Source: Pristiophorus japonicus (taxonomy: Eukaryota). From it: 64,000 nt of DNA. The notes under the pieces are model-generated. The model was not told where the DNA came from, did not search any database, and saw only the letters and a list, made by a program, of their open reading frames with translations. Location: assembly GCF_044704955.1 (NCBI RefSeq), contig NC_091980.1:259966001-260030000 (forward strand), in the 5' to 3' direction. Made by a program: the position numbers and the translations under genes. How positions within the stretch are numbered: the first letter of the stretch is position 1; the number at the start of each line of letters is the position of its first letter. This document shows, one piece after another, positions 1 through 11,246 of this stretch.

Positions 1-3000
1 TAGTCCTAAGAATTTTCCAATTATTGAACATTTACAATTTATGATTAAGATACAGCAGTATTTATGCTAATAGCTTAATGTTAAACTACTGATTTACAAT
101 TCTCTGATTCATGTCTTTTTTTTTAAAAAAGCGACATTCGGAATTGCCGCATTACTCTCCAATCTCCAGATACAATTTGCATTGGCAAGATTAACCCAAG
201 CCTCACCTTCCACTCCTGTTCTATATCAGTTGGGAGTTGGACCTGAGCACAAGAAGGGGTACTAGGGTTTGTGGTCGAAAGCAAGGTCAAAGAGATTTGG
301 AAACTGGGAACAATAAAGGGGTTAAGGGAGGATGTTCCAGATGTAGGGTGCAAACCTTCATGGCTCGTATCCCTTCCCTTATTTATTTCTATCTGTGAGA
401 TACCTTGTGATATGTTTTACATTATAGGTTCCATATAAATGTAGTGTGAATAGTTAAATATGCAGATAAACTGGCTTGTTCACATTCTTGTGATGGAGAT
501 GGTTTTCTCTTATTCTGCATTCTTTCATTTACTACTTTACTTTTCATAATTCTTAACTATAGTATTGTTACAAATTTTGGGTCTGCCTTGGGTATTCGCT
601 CAGGTTTATCTAACTGGTCATTCCGGTAAGTGGTCCGTGTGTCTTACTTTCAGAGGTATGCTCATACTACCCAATATCTAATCATAGATAGGGTTCTACA
701 ATAGAAGCCCCTTGTTATCTGAACTGGTTATCATGTCTTTCACAGGTGCCCTCGTGTGCTTCTCCAATCTTTTCGTAGGTGGACTGACCTTTAAGTTAAA
801 TCCAGCTCGCAAAAGGTAATTTTTAAAATATAAATCATACTAAGATCTTTCCTACATGTCCTGATATGCAAGTTGCCAATTTTAATTGATACCTTATTTC
901 ATTATTTAAAACAATCTTACCTGTTTTTCTGTTCTTCCACAATCCTGTCATCTATTTTTAAACTTGGAGTGACTCAAGTAAATTTCTATCCTGGTTTTCA
1001 GCCAATCAGAAAATTGAACATTATAGTCAAACCATGATATTTTTGAAGCCTGAAATGTGTTTTTGAAACCCCAAAGATGAAGTGCTTGGATTACGATCTG
1101 TGCCCCACTTGCAGCACCATCGCTCACTCCTGTCTTTGTTGCTTGCAAGTTATCAGGACAGCAAATTCTGCATCAGAGATCCTGTTTCTCCCATTGAAAA
1201 TAAATTCTGTACTTTTTGTTCTCCGAATTATACATTTGAGAATCATATTATAAGCAGTGTATATTCAGTGTAAAAATATTAATGCTCTGCACCTTCAGTA
1301 AGCCATATAGACCAGGAATGTTCCAGGTTTAACCCTTGATCTAGGGTGGCAGTATGGATGCTATTATTGGCCTTAGCACCTCTGGGTTAGCAAGAAATGC
1401 TATCCATCTGTGGATCTTGGTGAGGACAGGGTTGGGCATGGCTGCAACCCCTACACTTAAATAGCTACCAACAATTATTATTGGGACACAGACATGAAGC
1501 CCTTGTGTAACCTGCACACGTGGAACCATATCCCAGCAAGAAATCAATATTTCCCCAAGTGAAAAAGGTGAGGGGAAATTAAAAAAAAAATTAAAACACT
1601 AAATGAGAAACTGAAACTACAATGGCATCCTATTAAATTCATGTCATTTTTTTCTTCTTCTCAAGGTGCTAACTCTAGCTAATTCTGGCAGCCCTATGGT
1701 ATTTCGTCCAAGTAGCCATTCTTTACGTGTGAGCCAAGACAGTGAGTGTTGGCAATTTATTCAATCACCAACGGCATCTTAGACCCTTTGTAAGTGCTGT
1801 CCACACAAGCACCTCATTTGGAATGGGAATCTAGTTCATTTTTCCACACTAGGTCAGCAAGGACTGAGCATAGCTGAGCAGGCTAGAAGCGGCTATATTT
1901 TGGACAAGTTGGAGCTTATGGAGAATGGAAGGCCAGCAAGACCTTGAAACAACTTCAGCCTGAATGAGTGGTCATGGAGATTTGGAGTGGCAATGGATTG
2001 AAGATTGTGGCAGAGACCTAAAGATGATGACTTTGGTCAGTTAGAGCAAGTTTGGAAAATAGCAGATTCAAGGACCTTGGAAAGGAAAGGGAGGTTGGTG
2101 ATGGGGTAATCATTTCTCGAGGATAGAGGAGGTTTTTTTTTTTTAAAATGGCTTTATAACAGTAGTTTTGAAAGGAGAGACAATGCCTGAGGAAGGTGGT
2201 AGCTGAAGAGGACAGATGAACCAGTGATGAGTTTTTTTTGAGGAATGAGGTGACTTGTGGTTTTGAAAAGGTGACAGACAATAATTGAGGAAAGGAAGCC
2301 ATTAACAATGTTAGCTTCTGTGGAAGCCAGGAATTGAATGATAAGTGGATCAAGGCAGGTGAATCTTGTGGTCGACATGAACATGGAGAGGGCCTTGGGA
2401 GACGGGGGCGGGGGAGATAGTGTGAGCTGGAGAGTAGAAACGAGCATAGAGAGCTAAATGGATGGCTTTTATCTTAAAGACAAAGAAGTCCATGAGCTAT
2501 TTGTACCTGGCTTTTGAGGGGAGGGTTGAGTTTTGCTGGGCCATTCCAGTGATATTACTGATGGAAAATATCTTTGTGCTGCTCTATAGGAAACAACTGA
2601 CAAAATCATAGGTGGTAGACTGGTATATTGATTTTCCAAAGGTCTCATTTTGATCTGAAGTTGTTGTCCCTACTGTTTCTTGTGAGGCCACACTGGAACA
2701 AAGAGGTGTTCCCTGTAGGCGTTATCACTAGAATGGCATGACAGCAAGGTTGATCTCACTCAACAGTCTCCATGGGGCAACAAAGTAGGTGTTTTCATGA
2801 AACCATTAAATATTGTCAGTCTATTATTTTTCTACATAGTATGAGTGAATATTTTAAACAAAAAATGTACTTCCCCATAACACTTTCTCTCCACCCCTTA
2901 AAATGAATGAATGAATGCACAATTTTTTTAAGTTGTACTGATGTGATTGGTAAATAGGGAAGAAAAGTGACAAGTGTTTAAAAAACAAAATGTAGTGTAG

Positions 3001-4089
3001 TTGCAGTTGAATTTTAAAAAGTCTTAAGTACATTTTAAACCATGTTGAGAATACAGTATCTCTTGTATGTCATAAAAGTTGCTTTCTTGTTCCTTTTATT
3101 GGAGGTGGCTGTACACTGAAATACAAAAAAAAATTACAACCAAGGCATTTGCTTTTAAACAGAGGACACTTTCAGGGAAGTAACAGTATCTCAAACTGCC
3201 ATGAGGCAATATCTGTTAAGTTGCCTGAACACTATTATCTCCAATTACTGGGAAAAATAGACATGTTGGTTTTCTGGATGCTATCATCAACATTTGACTG
3301 AAAACATTGCATTGTTGTCTCACTTAGTTACAGATTTGTGCTTTAAGGAAAGAACTGAACAATATTGTCACTAAGATTTCAGTACGGTGTATTGGTGAGT
3401 GGGTGAGATTTTCACACAGCGTTTTTCCTTTGCTACAAATTCAGCAAACATAACGGTGGGCTAATGACATTTTCATATTAATTCCACTTGAACTTTGAAA
3501 AATACCCAGCACTGTAACTAGATTTTTCTCTTTCATATCTGGGTATTTTATGGGGAGCATTTTGAGCTATATAACACTAAGTATTTATAGTTGCAGGTTT
3601 GTCATTGGTGGCGGAAGCAACTTGGTGATAAATTTAAGAGAATCACACTAGTATACCACATATTAAGGCGTAGTACCATGTGGGATTTTCAGCACAGTAC
3701 CGATACACTGAAAGAGCAGAGTGACAACACTGAGCTAAACAAGGCTCATCTGTAAAGTAAACTGAACAATGAAAACAGAACTTTAAAAACCACAACATAA
3801 AATGAGCACCTTTGGCGTCTTTGTCTGCTTACATTTTCTTCTCTTCACTCATCAGATCATACACAATAAAGTCAATGATAAGAATGGTAACTCTTGCTAC
3901 AAGGGCTTATTTTCTTTAAAAAGCAAAAAAAATTGCATTCTCTTTCCTGCCACTCTTCTTGTAAAGGCATCAAGTCAAGGTGGGGTTCAGGTCCATCGGC
4001 ACCAGCAGCCCTCCAGCACCTTATTCTTCAAGTTCAGGCCTAGGCGGGGATTGCTGACAGGCTATATTCAATTGTGGGCAGCATATAGC

Positions 4090-4335
4090 CAAGCTGACCC
4101 TCTCCTCACCAAACATTGTCAAAATTAATTTTCCAGCATGGTCACTGGGTAGTGATCGGGAATGGGAACCATGGCTGATTATTCCTCTCCCAAAACCCAG
4201 AAGATACTGAAACCAATTGCAGCACCCCTACTGCAACCCTGGCTGAGATCAGCTAGCTTAACACAGACCAGGTCAAACCTGGGACCTCCCTAGTCTGTAA
4301 AGCTCAATATTTATCAACTGAGCCATCAGGGCAGC
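4090..4335 (-). mobile_element. Old tRNA-derived SINE-like repeat just 3' of the MGAT2 stop (related copies near 1300-1580, 19660-19900, 47480-47680)
   Basis: Shared motif CCCAGGTT...GCTGATCTCAGC(C/T)AGGGT...AATTGG..TCAG in several dispersed copies. Family name not assigned. Confidence 0.55.
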
Positions 4336-4453
4336 CATTTATTTTTTTAATCTTGAAAGTCAAGGGTTATATCCCATTGTTATGCGTTATTATAACGGGA
4401 GAAAACTAAACAACTATTAAAAACATGATCTGGCACAGAAATTTATCACATAA

Positions 4454-5758
4454 TTACTGGAGTCGGCGGTAACTTGTACAAAGTTCATGGTCCCTAATAT
4501 CTCCCCAACCTCCATTCTTCACGTGTGGAGTGATTGGAGCCAATGGATACATTTTACTTATTGCCATGGTTTCTGGGAACAAGTGCTGTACATTGCTACT
4601 TATAATTCTGTCAATTTTAGAAATTTCAACAGATGGCATGCAAGCTTTCTTGTGATGCATACCACAATCGCCAGCATGGAAAATACGAGGAACTTCACAG
4701 ACCATAACTTTCCAATACCGAGGCAGACAGGATACTGTTAAATACTGTAATGTCCAGTCCCAGTTGTAGTCATCATATTCACAGAAAGTATTTGTGCACT
4801 CTATCATTTTCTGATAGGTGTCTCTAGTCATAGCCATGCCCATGTTGTGTTCTGTTGATCGCCAGGTTTTCACTTCCACCTTATTTGTTTTATCTGTGAA
4901 ATCACTGACACGTGCATACGAACCAATGGACAATAAGTCACAGTCAGGACAACTTTCAGCCTTCAGGCTCCACATATTTTTCAAGACATGATAGAAATCA
5001 GGTGACAAGTAGTGGTCCTCTTCAATGAAGAGCATTAAACCCTTATGATCTTCCAAAACTTTTACCCTTTCCCAAACAAAATGCAACTTCCACCACCAGT
5101 GATGTTTGGTCTGACAGAATTTGGCCTCCCTATAGTGGCCGAATGAATCTGGATATTCAGCATTGATACAGCCCAATTTGAAAGCATTTGCTTTGCTTAT
5201 GTCACGTGGACAGTCTTTAGGATCGTGTCCTGGGAATTCATTGGGATACAACTGGATACTGAATGGAAAAAATATCTGCAACACTTGACAAAAATCGATG
5301 CTAGCTACGATGTGATTGATCTGCGGAGACCAGAAGTCGTGGCTGAATATCAACAAGACGTTTTCTATTCCTTTGGCTTTTCTGAGCGAATCCACGAGCA
5401 TCTGCAGGTATTCTGGCCTGTTGTGCACTTGAATCACCACCACCACATCATTGGGAGGACGTGTCTTTACGGTCTCCTGGTTCCTGACAGTCTGGTCAAA
5501 GTTCAGCTGGTAAACGACTCCGCGGTAAACCAGGGTCAGGTTGTCGACCTCTGGCTTGTCAAACCTGCTCAGCTGAGACTCGTTGGAAACTTTCCGGATC
5601 GCGTTGCCATTGCCAGCTCGCACCGACCTCGAAGTTTCGTCGCCCCTCGGAAAGGCTTCGTTTTTTCTGAACTTTCCGCCCGTCCAGAAGGCAAAGGCGG
5701 CGACCAACATGATGAGCGCCAGGAGAAAGACTTTCCTCTTGTAGATGCGAAACCTCAT
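4454..5758 (-). CDS. MGAT2: Alpha-1,6-mannosyl-glycoprotein 2-beta-N-acetylglucosaminyltransferase (GnT-II, GT16), single-exon CDS, 434 aa
   Basis: Uninterrupted ORF from ATG at 5758 (MRFRIYKRKVFLLALIMLVAAFAFW: short basic tail plus TM helix, type II Golgi enzyme). It carries conserved MGAT2 blocks VVVVIQVHNRPEYL, QTKHHWWWK, IEEDHY (DXD-like), YDDYNWDWTLQ and NGGWGDIRDHELC, ending in TAA at 4454-4456. Intronless as in other vertebrates. Confidence 0.97.
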   Translation of the reverse strand: MRFRIYKRKVFLLALIMLVAAFAFWTGGKFRKNEAFPRGDETSRSVRAGNGNAIRKVSNESQLSRFDKPEVDNLTLVYRGVVYQLNFDQTVRNQETVKTRPPNDVVVVIQVHNRPEYLQMLVDSLRKAKGIENVLLIFSHDFWSPQINHIVASIDFCQVLQIFFPFSIQLYPNEFPGHDPKDCPRDISKANAFKLGCINAEYPDSFGHYREAKFCQTKHHWWWKLHFVWERVKVLEDHKGLMLFIEEDHYLSPDFYHVLKNMWSLKAESCPDCDLLSIGSYARVSDFTDKTNKVEVKTWRSTEHNMGMAMTRDTYQKMIECTNTFCEYDDYNWDWTLQYLTVSCLPRYWKVMVCEVPRIFHAGDCGMHHKKACMPSVEISKIDRIISSNVQHLFPETMAISKMYPLAPITPHVKNGGWGDIRDHELCTSYRRLQ

Positions 5759-5759
5759 G

Positions 5760-6400
5760 TTCAGCGGCGAGGAAGCGACCCCGTCAGTGAAACTGGGCAA
5801 AAGTGGAGGTGACAATAAATCCCGATTAAAAGCGGCGGCCAGTTTCGCCGCAGATCTACCACTCGAATGACAGACACGCCGCGATCGCACACTCGACCGT
5901 TGCCAGCCGGCACCGCGGCTCCCCCCGCAATAACTGACGCCAGGCCCAGGTGTCCGGACAGCCGTCGTGCAGCAATTGCCCGCCCGCCACAAGCCCGGCA
6001 GTCGCTGCCTCTCTGTGCCACCACCTCCCAACAATAGATGCCGGAAGGAAATCTGAAGGCAGCGCGGCGGGTGAGTGGGGGATATCCGTTCACGGAGCGG
6101 CTCCTCCCTGCCTGCAGCGCTTCGCTTCGCTCCGCCTCACATTTAAACCGAGGCCGACGCTACCTCGGCTAACGGCTCCCCAGCACCCCGCCGCCCGGCA
6201 ACCTACCGCGATGCCGCCCGCCGATTGGTGCGTTGCCCGCTTATTCGAACGCGTGCTTGACGCCAGGTTAATTGTGTATGGTCAGCCTAACTGTCCATCA
6301 CCGCCCGCCCCGCCGCTCATTGGTGCTTCTGTGCACCAATGGCGTTGCACCTCAAATTACTGAGACGCTGACCGACAACGTCAGTGCTGCGCAGATCAGA
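5760..6400 (-). promoter_or_regulatory. CpG-island promoter and 5' leader of MGAT2
   Basis: CpG-rich stretch immediately 5' of the ATG, with TATA-like TTTAAAT near 6141-6147, CCAAT boxes near 6224, 6319 and 6336, and GC boxes CCGCCCGCCCCGCC at 6301-6314. Confidence 0.75.
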
Positions 6401-6514
6401 GGAAGAAGAAGGAATATAGTGCTTGCTCCCTGTTCATTGTGCTTATCCGGACTGGCTATTTGACGATTTGGGAGGGAGGTCGTCTGGTTGTACTGACTTA
6501 TTGACTGTAACAAA

Positions 6515-6680
6515 ACCAAAATGCTGCAGGAGCTGGAAATCTCAAATAGAGACAGAAAGTGCTGGAAATACTCAGCATTGTGGAAAGAGAATGACCATCG
6601 ACCTGAAACGTTAACCTTGTTTCTCTCTCCGCAGATGCTGCCTGGCCGGCTGACTGTTTCCAGCATTTTCCGTTTTTATG
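6515..6680. repeat. Penelope-derived (pLTR-like) interspersed repeat with partly inverted arms
   Basis: Contains GACCTGAAACGTTAAC...TTTCTCTCTCCGCAGATGCTGCC...TTTCCAGCATTTTC, which recurs at 40530-40650, 51440-51565 and 52522-52740. The Penelope assignment is inferred from the hammerhead-like core. Confidence 0.6.
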
Positions 6681-7913
6681 TTATAACTTATTTACTGTTT
6701 GGTGATTCGGTATCATGGTCTTCTCTGAAATCTCATCTTCTTGGCTGGGTGAGAGGGTGACCAACCTGTTTCCTCCTCCACCAGTGTCACTCAAAATGGC
6801 GAATGTGCAAGAAAGATAAGTGAATTTTTCCTCTGGAGGAAGGCTGTTGGGCTCAGAAGAAAGCACCACAACAGAAATAACAATACTGAAAACACGCAGT
6901 AGATTTGTCAATCCCATAAATAGAAAAAAAATGTCTCTGCCAAAATGGTATCCTGATGAAGGGTCTACACCCGATTCGTTATCCTGGGGAGGGTAGCCTA
7001 TTTTTCTTTACTGGTTTAATTTTTCCTGCATATATAAGTTTTTTTTCTCCTTTTCTAATCTAATCTCCCTGCCTTTTTTCTTGTCTGGATCTTTCCCAAA
7101 CCTTTTCACTGTCTTTGATATTTACACATTCTTTTTTGTCTTCTTTACCTCCCAGATCATCTAATAGTTACCTGTTTTTTTATTAAGAAATTTGCAGGTT
7201 ATTTAATCGTTCCTATGATTGGAGTATCTCTTCATTCTTTTCACCCAAATCCTCTTTTTCCAACACTTAAAATGAAAAAGGGTTACACCTGAAATGTTCG
7301 ATTCTTTACAGATGCTGGCAGATTTGTAGTGCATTTTCTGTTTTTGCTATTGCTTAGCCAGATTTTAAAGTGTATAGTAGGAACAAACATTTGTTGTAGC
7401 CATACTTTAGTATCCTATACTGAAAACTTCAACAAGCACCAGTATCAACTGTTATACTCATAATAAATGGTGAGACTGAGACTGTAATTTTTTTTAAATT
7501 TCAAAATATACTTTATTCATATAAAAATTTGTACAGTACATTCAAAAGCAGTTCAGTACATTTAGCTGCGGTCAGCAATCCCATACACTACATTTGGGTG
7601 CTGACGGCAGTTCCGTTCGATACATTTCCTTGCTTTTCAGTTCAAGTACAATTCGGTACAATACAGGATACATTGTAGTACATTCAACAAATTACATTAC
7701 TTGTGTCACTATACAGTACACGGAATGGGTGACGGTACATTTACACTTTTCCTTTCCAATGTGCATTACGAAACAGACCTTGCATTGTACATGGCACTAC
7801 ATAGGTGTTTACAGATCATGGTGCTCCATGTACACAAAAAAGAAGTTACAAGTATGGCCCGAGGGGAGTTTTGTACTGATTCTTGCCCCTGGGTTTACCG
7901 TGGCAGAAGGGCT

Positions 7914-10900
7914 TTAAACTGTGGCCCTTCCCCACCATGCCTTTGCGGCGACTGCACCAATTTTAAGTGCGTCCCTCAGCACGTAATCCTGGATCTTAGA
8001 AACATAGAAACATAGAAAATAGGTGCAGGAGTAGGCCATTCGGCCCTTCGAGCCTGCACCGCCATTCAATGAGTTCATGGAAGATTGCGCCAGTCTGCAA
8101 CACGCAGACGTGGACATCTCCTTGCTCTGGAAGACCAGCAAGTTTCGGCAAGACCAAAGAGCGTCTTTGACCGAGTTGATGGCCCTCCAGCAGCAGGTGA
8201 TGTCTGTCTCGGTGTGTGTCCCTGGGAACAGCCCGTAGAGCACAGTCCTGTGTTACGGAGCAGCGCGGGATGAACCTTGACAGCAACCACTGCATCTCTT
8301 TCCAAACCTGCCTTGCGAAGGCGCAATCCTGAAGGAGATGGGTGACAGTCTTGGTGCTTTTGTGACAGCTCTGGCGATGAGACATTCTGCCAAACGAGTT
8401 CGACAGTCTGCTTGGGGAACCACCCGACAGGGTCCACCCTCCTTTCGTAGAGTGTCCAGGACGTTACGTGCTGACCACTTTTATGGTCTTGTGGTCAAAG
8501 GGGTTTTTTGTGAAAAACTTTTCCACGAAGGACAGGTGGGCAGGCATGGTCCAGCTGGTGGGGGCGTTTCGCGGCAGCGTGGCCAGGCCCATCCTTCACA
8601 ACAAAGGGGACAGGTAGATACTCAGCACGTAGTGACACTTGGTGTTTGCGTACCGGGGGTCTGTGCACAGCTTGATGCAGCCGCACACAAAGGTGGCCAT
8701 CAGGATGAGGGCCACGTTCGGAACATCCTTTCCTCCACTGTCCAGAGATTTGTACATTGTGTCTCTGCGGACACGTTCCATTTTGGAGCTCCAGACAAAG
8801 TGGAAGACGGCCCAGGTAACTGCCGCGAGAGATGGGCCAGACCTGTGCCACGTGTAGCAACCCTGAGAGCACCTCACTCCTGATGACCAGGTTCTTTCCT
8901 GCCATGGAGAGGAAGCGCAACTTCCACCATCCCAGTTTTTGCTTCACTTTGGCGATACGCTCTTCCCAGTTTTTGGCCCACGCCCTGTCCACTCCGAACC
9001 ATATTCCCAACACCTTCAGGTAATCTGGTTTAATGGTGAAGGGAATAAAGGATCGGTCGGTCCAGTTGCCAAAGAGCACGGCCTCGCTTTTGCTGCGATT
9101 GACCTTTGCTCCCGAGGCCAGTTCAATCGAGCAATCTGCGGACCAACTGCGGATCCGAGCAAAAGACGGCGACGTCATCCATGTACAGGGAGGTCATGAC
9201 CTGAGCACCTCCGCTGCCTGGGATCGTCACCCCTCTAATGCTCGCATCCCTCCTGATGGACTCGGCAAAGGGCTCGATACAACACACAAACAAGATAGAG
9301 GAGAGAGGACAGCCTTGCCTGACTCCAGATCTGATTGGAAAGCTTTCAGTTTCCCACCCGTTGATTTGAACTGCACTACTGATGTCTGTATAGAGCAGTT
9401 GGACCCAATTGCGGATACCCTCCCCAAACCCCATTTTGGAGAGCACGTCCATCAGGTACATGTGCGATATCCTATCAAAGGCTTTCTTCTGGTCTAAGCT
9501 GATTAAGCAGGTGTCCACCCTCCTGACCCGCACGTAGGCGATCGTATCCCTGAGTAGCGCAAGGCTATCAGAGATCTTCCTGCCTGGGACAGCGCAGGTC
9601 TGGTCCGGGTGAATCACCAGCTCAAGAGCAGACTTGACCCTTTGACAGGATCTTGTAGTCCACATTGAGCAGCGAAATGGGCCACCAGTTTTTGATTTCC
9701 TCCCTCTCCCCCTTCTGCTTGTAGATGAGGGTGATGATGCCTTTCCTCATCGATTCTGACATGCTGCCAGCCAGAAGCATACCCCCGTACACTTCTAGCA
9801 GGTCTGGGCCCATCCAGTCCCACAGAGCCGAATACAACTTGCCGTTGCTTCCGGGAGTTTTATTCATCTCGAAGGACCGTACGGCCTTTGTCAGCTCGTC
9901 CAGAGTTAGCGGGTGATCCAGACTCTCCTGCTCGCTGTCGTCTTAAGACCTCCGAAATAGACGACAGGAAAGACTGGGAGGCCGCGCGGTCTGTGGGCTT
10001 GAAGTCGTACAGCCCGGCATAGAAGGATTTGCTGATCCTCTGCATGTCAGGCTGCAAAGACGTCACAGAACCGTCTTCTTCCTTTAGGCTGGTGATCATA
10101 GAGCTCCCCGTGTACTTTTTGGAAGAAGAAGCGCGAACACGTCTCATCCTGCTCGACGGAGCGGACTCTGGAGCGGAAGATGATCTTGGAGGACTCTGAG
10201 GCAAAGAGCGAGGCTTGCTGGCCCTTCACCTCTTCGAGTTCCTCCGCGACATCGAACCCCAGAGACTGCAGCAGGAGCAGGTTTTGCATACTCTTCTGGA
10301 GTTGGGACAATTCCCTCTGTCTCCCTCTCGCCTCCTGAACACCTTTGAGGATGAAGAACCTCTTGATGTTCGTCTTGATTGTTTCCCACCAGTGCATCGG
10401 GGAATCGCAGAGGGGTTTTACGGTTCTCCAACCTTTGTAATCCCTCTTGAGTTCCTCAACGTTTTCCGGAGTCAACAGTTTCACGTTCAGCTTCCATATC
10501 CCTCTGCCAACTTTCTGGTTTTCCTGTGGGCGACAGTTGGCCAGGAGGAGGCAGTGGTCAGAGAAGAATACCGGCGTGACGTCGGTGGATCTGACCTTGA
10601 GCGTGTGGGACACAAATAGGAAGTCTATTCTGGAACGGACGGACCCGTCTGGTCTTGACCAGGTGTATCTGAGCGGTGCTCCATCTGCAGGGTTGCTGAA
10701 GATGTTGCACAGCTTGGCATCTCTTACCGCATCCATCAGGAGTCTGGACGTGGCGTCCAGTTTGCTGTCGGCTCTGCTGGATCGTCCAGCCGCATCGATG
10801 ATGCAGTTGAAGTCACCGCCCAGAATGACCGGACTGGACGTCGCCAGCAGCAGTGGGAGCTGCTGGGAGGGCCAGCCGCTCGCTTCTGAGAGGCGAGGCA

Positions 10901-11217
10901 TACACGTTAATTAGCCTTAGAGGGGAATTTTTGTACATTACATCTGCTACGAGGAGGCAGCTGCCCACCACCTCCTTAACTTCGGTGATGGTGAAGCGGC
11001 CTCCCCGCAGCAGAATGCCTAGGCCGGAAGACCGGCAATCGTTGCCTCCTGACCATATGGATGGTCCACGGGCCCACCTTTGTGACCACTGTGGCAGACC
11101 GCACTCCTGCAAGAACAGCAGGTCCGCTTTGACCTTGGCGAGGTACCCCAAGGTGGAAACACATTGCGTAGTGGATTTTACGCTACGCACGTTAATAGTA
11201 GCTATTTTAAAATCCAT
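7914..11217 (-). pseudogene. Tx1-like ORF2 (APE endonuclease + reverse transcriptase), frameshifted
   Basis: Starts MDFKIATINVRSVKS at 11217. The fragments 10813-11247, 10047-10901, 9622-9867, 9123-9665 (YMDD), 8596-8877 and 7914-8243 tile a single ORF2. Confidence 0.88.
7997..8080 (-). mobile_element. Short 5'-truncated CR1 3' end nested in the Tx1 ORF2
   Basis: TAGAAACATAGAAACATAGAAAATAGGTGCAGGAGTAGGCC... is the reverse complement of the CR1 tails at 29050-29127 and 46985-47064. Confidence 0.85.
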
Positions 11218-11246
11218 TTTAAAGTTACTGTTTACAGGTACAAACA

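Noticed and set aside
40-110. Possible box C/D snoRNA (ATGATTA...CTGA)
   Set aside because: Imperfect C box, no convincing terminal stem and no recognisable rRNA guide.
1077-1112. ZZ zinc-finger-like peptide MKCLDYDLCPTC
   Set aside because: Short match lacking the rest of the ZZ pattern, and not in the frame given by the upstream exon phase.
5225-5812. 195-aa plus-strand ORF
   Set aside because: Antisense shadow of the MGAT2 CDS with no independent evidence.
5759-6034. 92-aa N-terminal extension of MGAT2 in the ORF track
   Set aside because: It starts at TTG in a GC-rich leader. The conserved protein start is MRFRIYKRK at 5758, and an open frame in GC-rich UTR is expected by chance. Ribosome profiling would be needed to revive it.
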